A stretch of DNA of 64,000 nt from a candidate division FCPU426 bacterium (lineage in GTDB: Bacteria; Oederibacteriota; Muellerivitia; Muellerivitales; Muellerivitaceae): positions 1 through 64,000 of the forward strand of contig CAVTWJ010000014.1 of the NCBI GenBank assembly GCA_963738405.1, given 5' to 3'. Positions 60,064-64,000 of the stretch are shown one piece after another (within the stretch, counting starts at the first letter, position 1; each line of letters opens with the position of its first letter). A model generated the notes under the pieces. That model saw only the letters and a list, made by a program, of their open reading frames with translations. It was not told the DNA's origin and ran no database searches. The position numbers were made by a program, and so were the translations under genes.

Positions 60064-61668
60064 TCAGGCCTCTTCCACAAAATATTCCTCAGGTTCGTTT
60101 CCATCCCAAACCCAATCCACCAACTTCTCCATTTCATCTACCCACATCTCATTCGCGATGGCCACATTGACCACCCGCTCAACGATCTTTTGGGTTTCTT
60201 CAAGGTCTTTGGAGAGCTTATCGAGGCGTTTCAACGGAATAGCTTGCCATTCCGTAAACCGATAGCCCCCGTTATCCGTCCTTCCCTCATGGCAGTTACG
60301 AATGCTTTCAATGATCGCGATTCTGGTGTCTTTATTCAGCAGTTTAAATGCCGGATATACTTCTTTCGCCAATACGGGATCCAATTCCAACTTGATCGCC
60401 TTTTCGGCCACGGTCCCCTTCGGATCAAGCCCTAAAAGCCTTTCCAAAGCCCAGTAACCTTCAATCCAGGTACTGCATTTGGTTAGCCGATCAAGTTCGT
60501 TGAGAACCTTTATGGCTTCCCAAACATCGATGGTGGGGAAAACTGCGGCTGCTATCGTCGGCCGACCCAGTCGTTTGGCCGCTTCAAGTACGAGCGGGTC
60601 GTCAAACACCTCGTAATCATGGGCAGGATCGGCCTCCTTTTCCTCCTCTGAGAGGGTTCGAACCAGGATCTCCCTTTCGTAACTAGTTGCCTGCATGGAA
60701 AGGACCTTCCGCTGAAGTTCTTCAGGGGTAAAGTCCTTGTAGGGAGTGTAGGGATTTACGCTGACACGCGAGGTGTCGATTCTTATGTGTTTAACTTGGT
60801 CATATTTCTTTATTCCAGGAACAAACCCCTTCGGGGCTTTACCCTTGGGTTCCTTGACTGTTTCGTAATCCTCCAGCCGATTCCCCTCCTTGACCCATTT
60901 GACCAACCCTTTGGCCTGGGCTTCGGTCATTTGCACCTTCCGGGCTAGGCTCAACGCCCTGGCGATGAGGTCCCGGTCTTCCGGGGAGGTTTTGGAGACC
61001 CCGTCCAGCCCCAGCATGGCGTAGGCGACTTTCTCTGGAAAATCCCACAAATTCGCATCTGTTATGCCTGGTTCATAAGGTGTTTCGTTTCTAAGGGTTT
61101 TTGGGGCATTCACGGGAACCCCATAAATGGCCTCTTTGGCCTTGTCATTCAAGAAATCCATCAGCCTTAGTATTCGGCTAACGGTTGTCTGGTCTATTCC
61201 TAGTTGGGCCGCTATCTTCTCCTGGCTAACGCCCGGTTGGAACCGTTGGATGTCCTCTATGCCTTGGTACCGGTCCAGCCAATGAGGGTTCTCTTCCTCG
61301 TTATCCATGAATGCTTCCAAAAGAATCTGGGCTGGCGTGAGGTCGTAATCCAGGGCATCCAGGGTCGCCCAACCGAGCCGCTGGGCCGCCTCAAGCCTTA
61401 AATGGCCGCCTACGACCCCATGCTCATAGGGGCAGACACCCCCTAGGTCTTTGGCGATCTCAGCCTTTTCGGCCTCGGAAAGGGTCCAGGTCTTGATGGG
61501 CGTTTTTTGGCCAATTGACCGCATGGAATTCATCTTGGCCTCGACAGCGCCGGGCTTTTTGAACTTGCGGGGGTTCTTGGGGTTGGGCCAGAGTTTCCCG
61601 ATGGGGATTCTCATGAACCGGGGGGTGGGACGGTTCTCAGATGGATTGGCAGACGTTTCAACGGACAT
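60064..61668 (-). CDS. Protein composed of two tandem ParB-like modules
   Basis: Half 1: PNPKNPR..VGGHLRLEAAQRLG..HTH SQEKIAAQLGIDQTTVSRIL. Half 2 is colinear but degenerate. SD GGAGG precedes ATG 61668. Confidence 0.85.
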   Translation of the reverse strand: MSVETSANPSENRPTPRFMRIPIGKLWPNPKNPRKFKKPGAVEAKMNSMRSIGQKTPIKTWTLSEAEKAEIAKDLGGVCPYEHGVVGGHLRLEAAQRLGWATLDALDYDLTPAQILLEAFMDNEEENPHWLDRYQGIEDIQRFQPGVSQEKIAAQLGIDQTTVSRILRLMDFLNDKAKEAIYGVPVNAPKTLRNETPYEPGITDANLWDFPEKVAYAMLGLDGVSKTSPEDRDLIARALSLARKVQMTEAQAKGLVKWVKEGNRLEDYETVKEPKGKAPKGFVPGIKKYDQVKHIRIDTSRVSVNPYTPYKDFTPEELQRKVLSMQATSYEREILVRTLSEEEKEADPAHDYEVFDDPLVLEAAKRLGRPTIAAAVFPTIDVWEAIKVLNELDRLTKCSTWIEGYWALERLLGLDPKGTVAEKAIKLELDPVLAKEVYPAFKLLNKDTRIAIIESIRNCHEGRTDNGGYRFTEWQAIPLKRLDKLSKDLEETQKIVERVVNVAIANEMWVDEMEKLVDWVWDGNEPEEYFVEEA

Positions 61669-61798
61669 GAGGACACCTCCCAAATGAATTGAATGCTCCC
61701 CTTGTTTTGGGAATCGTAATTTTAGTTTTTATTCATTTCAAGAAAAAAGCGGGAGGTAGATCAGTTTCACAAGGACAGAAAAGCAACAGTTTTTTCGA

Positions 61799-62092
61799 TT
61801 AGGCGGGTTTGGCCAAGATAGGCTTCTTCTTGTGATGAATTTTCTGAGCTTGGGACAAATCATAATTCTTTTGGAGATTCAGCCACAGATCGGGAGTTGT
61901 TCCCAAAACATCCGCTAAGGAAAGGGCGGCTTCGGGGGTAACCCCCCTTCTCCCGTGGATAATTTCGTTCACCTTGGCATGTGACCACCCCAGGTGCAGA
62001 GCGAAAGCGTTTTGGGAAACGCCCATAGGTTTCAGGAAATCTTCGCTCAAAATTTCACCAGGATGGGTTGGGAGCTTCGATTTCGTTAACAT
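61799..62092 (-). CDS. higA: HigA-family antitoxin
   Basis: HPGEILSEDFLKPMG..VNEIIHGRRGVTPEAA..WLNLQKNYDL. Confidence 0.92.
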   Translation of the reverse strand: MLTKSKLPTHPGEILSEDFLKPMGVSQNAFALHLGWSHAKVNEIIHGRRGVTPEAALSLADVLGTTPDLWLNLQKNYDLSQAQKIHHKKKPILAKPA

Positions 62093-62133
62093 TTCGTTTT
62101 TCTCCAATAGAGAGACACTGCTTTCATTCCATT

Positions 62134-62565
62134 TCAAAGCCCTAACTTTTTAAGAAGCTGGGCCGTCGTGTACCATTCGACACCGGTTCCTTCAAAATCG
62201 CCGTCGTTGGACCATAGGGGTATTTCCAATTCTAAAGCCAAGGCCAATAAATCCACATCGTCGGGGTCTCTTTTTCCAATTTTCCGCCGGGCAATTGCCA
62301 ACGAACCCTGATATTCCCTTAAGTTAAATTCCCGGACAGCCAAAAGTTGAAACTGGCTTTCCAAAAGTTCCACGGCCATTTCATATTTCTCGGCCATGAC
62401 CGGAAGGTATTCCCGTACTTCTTTGATGTTTAAGGATGTTGAAACGACTTCGAGGGAGGATTGTTTAAAGACTTTAAGAGCGGCACGGCCTACGACAGCG
62501 GACAGAAGGACGTTAGCGTCCGCCGCGATTCGACCGGCGGCCTTTTCTCCATTTTTCAAAATCAT
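62134..62565 (-). CDS. PIN-domain (VapC-like) toxin
   Basis: DANVLLSA, E, RDPDD, LWSNDGDF acidic set; start uncertain. Confidence 0.88.
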   Translation of the reverse strand: MILKNGEKAAGRIAADANVLLSAVVGRAALKVFKQSSLEVVSTSLNIKEVREYLPVMAEKYEMAVELLESQFQLLAVREFNLREYQGSLAIARRKIGKRDPDDVDLLALALELEIPLWSNDGDFEGTGVEWYTTAQLLKKLGL

Positions 62566-62791
62566 TGATAACCGTCCGCTCGCTGACGCCTGATTTTTTT
62601 AAGTGGCTCGATATAGCCAAGCCCAGGTTGGTTAAAAGTTCCTTACGCAATTCCAAGGGAAGTTCCTGGGATTTGGACATTGGAACCAATAGGCTGGCAA
62701 CCTTGCCGTGCTTAGTAACAAACACAAGATCATTTCCGCTCAAATATTCCGGAGCATTATCCCTAAATTCTCTAACTCCCGCGACTCGCAT
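62513..62791 (-). CDS. Phd/YefM-like antitoxin
   Basis: GVREFRDN..YL..VFVTKHGKVASLLVP; overlaps the PIN gene. Confidence 0.82.
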   Translation of the reverse strand: MRVAGVREFRDNAPEYLSGNDLVFVTKHGKVASLLVPMSKSQELPLELRKELLTNLGLAISSHLKKSGVSERTVINDFEKWRKGRRSNRGGR

Positions 62792-62833
62792 GACTACTCC
62801 TATTCAAACAACTTTGCTTTTTCTTCTCTCTTA

Positions 62834-62877
62834 AATATCCAACCTTCTTCAAATTATGTCAATAGTTGTGTACACAA
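62834..62877 (-). promoter_or_regulatory. TA promoter and palindromic operator
   Basis: Minus-strand TTGACA (62857-62862) next to the perfect palindrome TTGTGTACACAA (62866-62877); TGTACA core as in Phd/YefM operators. Confidence 0.65.
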
Positions 62878-62890
62878 TAATTTAACTGCT

Positions 62891-63352
62891 TCAGCCAAAC
62901 GGCGGTGCTTGAGCCTCCGCGATTTCCTTGATCATCACCACCGCGTCTTCCTGGTTGTCGCTGTAATATTTTTTGCGGATGGCCACCATACGGAACCCGC
63001 ACTTTTCATAAAGCCTTCGGCCCGCCCCGTTACTATCCCTCACTTCCAACGTGGCCAAGCGGGCGCCCTTTTGGGCGGCATAGGCCAAGAAATGATCCAT
63101 CATTCTCTTCCCCAATCCCCGGTTGCGAAACGAGGGTGAAATAGCCAGGGTGATAATGTGGGCTTCTTCGGGCGCTTCCCAATAGCCGATATACCCGGCC
63201 AAGATTCCATCTTCCTCAATAACGAAGTAGTTTGCTTGGGTGCGTTTCAATTCCTCTTCAAAAAGTTCTTTGGACCAGGGCGAGGGCATGGAGGCTTTTT
63301 CAATGTCAACAACTCGATCCAGGTCGGCCAAGTTCATGGGTCGGAAGATCAT
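62891..63352 (-). CDS. rimI: Ribosomal-protein alanine N-acetyltransferase
   Basis: PWS, HIITLAI, RNRGLG, LEVRDSN, LYEKCGF, RKKYY, EDAVVM. Confidence 0.95.
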   Translation of the reverse strand: MIFRPMNLADLDRVVDIEKASMPSPWSKELFEEELKRTQANYFVIEEDGILAGYIGYWEAPEEAHIITLAISPSFRNRGLGKRMMDHFLAYAAQKGARLATLEVRDSNGAGRRLYEKCGFRMVAIRKKYYSDNQEDAVVMIKEIAEAQAPPFG

Positions 63353-64000
63353 GGGGCGGGCTTTTTCTCATCCACGGCGGGGGGCCTGAGATAGAGGGGT
63401 TTCAACTGATCCAATGTGGGGCGAGAGCCCGCCTGCCATTGACGGTAGGCAATACGGGCGATGCTCATGGCGCTGGGCTGGTGCTGGGCGTTGAAGGCGA
63501 AAAGCCCCCTTGTACCCAGGCTTTCGCGGAGCAACTTCTCATACTTCAAGGCACCCGGCCCGACGATCCATGCCCTTTCCTGGATGATAGAATCCAGCCG
63601 GTCGATGGCTAAGATTTGAGGCGGGGTGACGGCCCTAAAACCCTCCTCTTCAATATGGTAATGCCCCACGAAACATTCGCCCCTTTGGGCATCTACCAGG
63701 CAAAGGGCTTCGCCTTTCAATCCCGCGGCGAGCAGGTTTTCGGCCAGGCCGTCCAGCGTGGGAATGCCAAAGGCCAGCAGGTTGGAGGGCAGACACAGGC
63801 CCTCGGCGGTCGCGATGCCGACCCTGATTCCGGTAAAACTTCCGGGGCCGATGGATACTGCCACCGCCGACAGGTCCTGGGCGGTGAGGTCTCTTTCTTT
63901 CAAAAGTGTTTCCATGGCGGGAATAAGAGTAACCGAGCTTTCCCAATCCGCCGGGAGGTGGCAAAGGGAAAGTTCCTCGCCGGTGATGATATCCAGCAGG
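63349..64000 (-). CDS. tsaB: tRNA t6A biosynthesis protein TsaB (5' end outside window)
   Basis: GPGSFTGIRVG, DAQRGE, PLYLR; frame stays open to the window edge. Confidence 0.95.
   Translation of the reverse strand, partial: LLDIITGEELSLCHLPADWESSVTLIPAMETLLKERDLTAQDLSAVAVSIGPGSFTGIRVGIATAEGLCLPSNLLAFGIPTLDGLAENLLAAGLKGEALCLVDAQRGECFVGHYHIEEEGFRAVTPPQILAIDRLDSIIQERAWIVGPGALKYEKLLRESLGTRGLFAFNAQHQPSAMSIARIAYRQWQAGSRPTLDQLKPLYLRPPAVDEKKPAP

Overview
The window looks like two unrelated DNAs joined at about 12,620. Bases 1 to ~12,620 have an Acidobacteriota-like gene set: Ser/Thr kinase with beta-propeller, LysR/MFS/methyltransferase, PadR plus duplicated ABC permease, a REP-like palindrome and DoxX, with two apparent single-base frameshifts. 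At the join a Tat-signal ORF and mnmA are both cut off head-on. The remaining ~51 kb is chromosomal DNA of another, probably diderm, bacterium. It carries mnmA, a cysteine desulfurase, M23 peptidase/bactofilin, a metal-uptake operon, tatA, GT-C-type membrane proteins, polA, parAB, GT2/B12-radical SAM genes, nnr, acpS, a complete F1Fo atp operon, amrAB, a toxin-antitoxin-rich islet and rimI/tsaB. Main findings: (1) an orphan protein made of two tandem ParB-like halves, one with CTPase-type arginine motifs and one degenerate; (2) a His/CxxC/RSPP leader ORF whose last codons can pair with the Shine-Dalgarno of a porin-SBP-permease operon that has no ATPase gene, a likely metal-sensing ribosome-arrest switch; (3) AT-rich orphan genes sitting at overlapping stop/start junctions of housekeeping operons with the junction duplicated; (4) a hicBA cassette with a nonsense-inactivated toxin between ~130-bp direct repeats; (5) several palindromic MITE/REP-like elements and candidate structured RNAs. 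No rRNA, tRNA, CRISPR array, transposase or integrase was seen. Family calls come from motif recognition only, and GC statements are visual, not computed.
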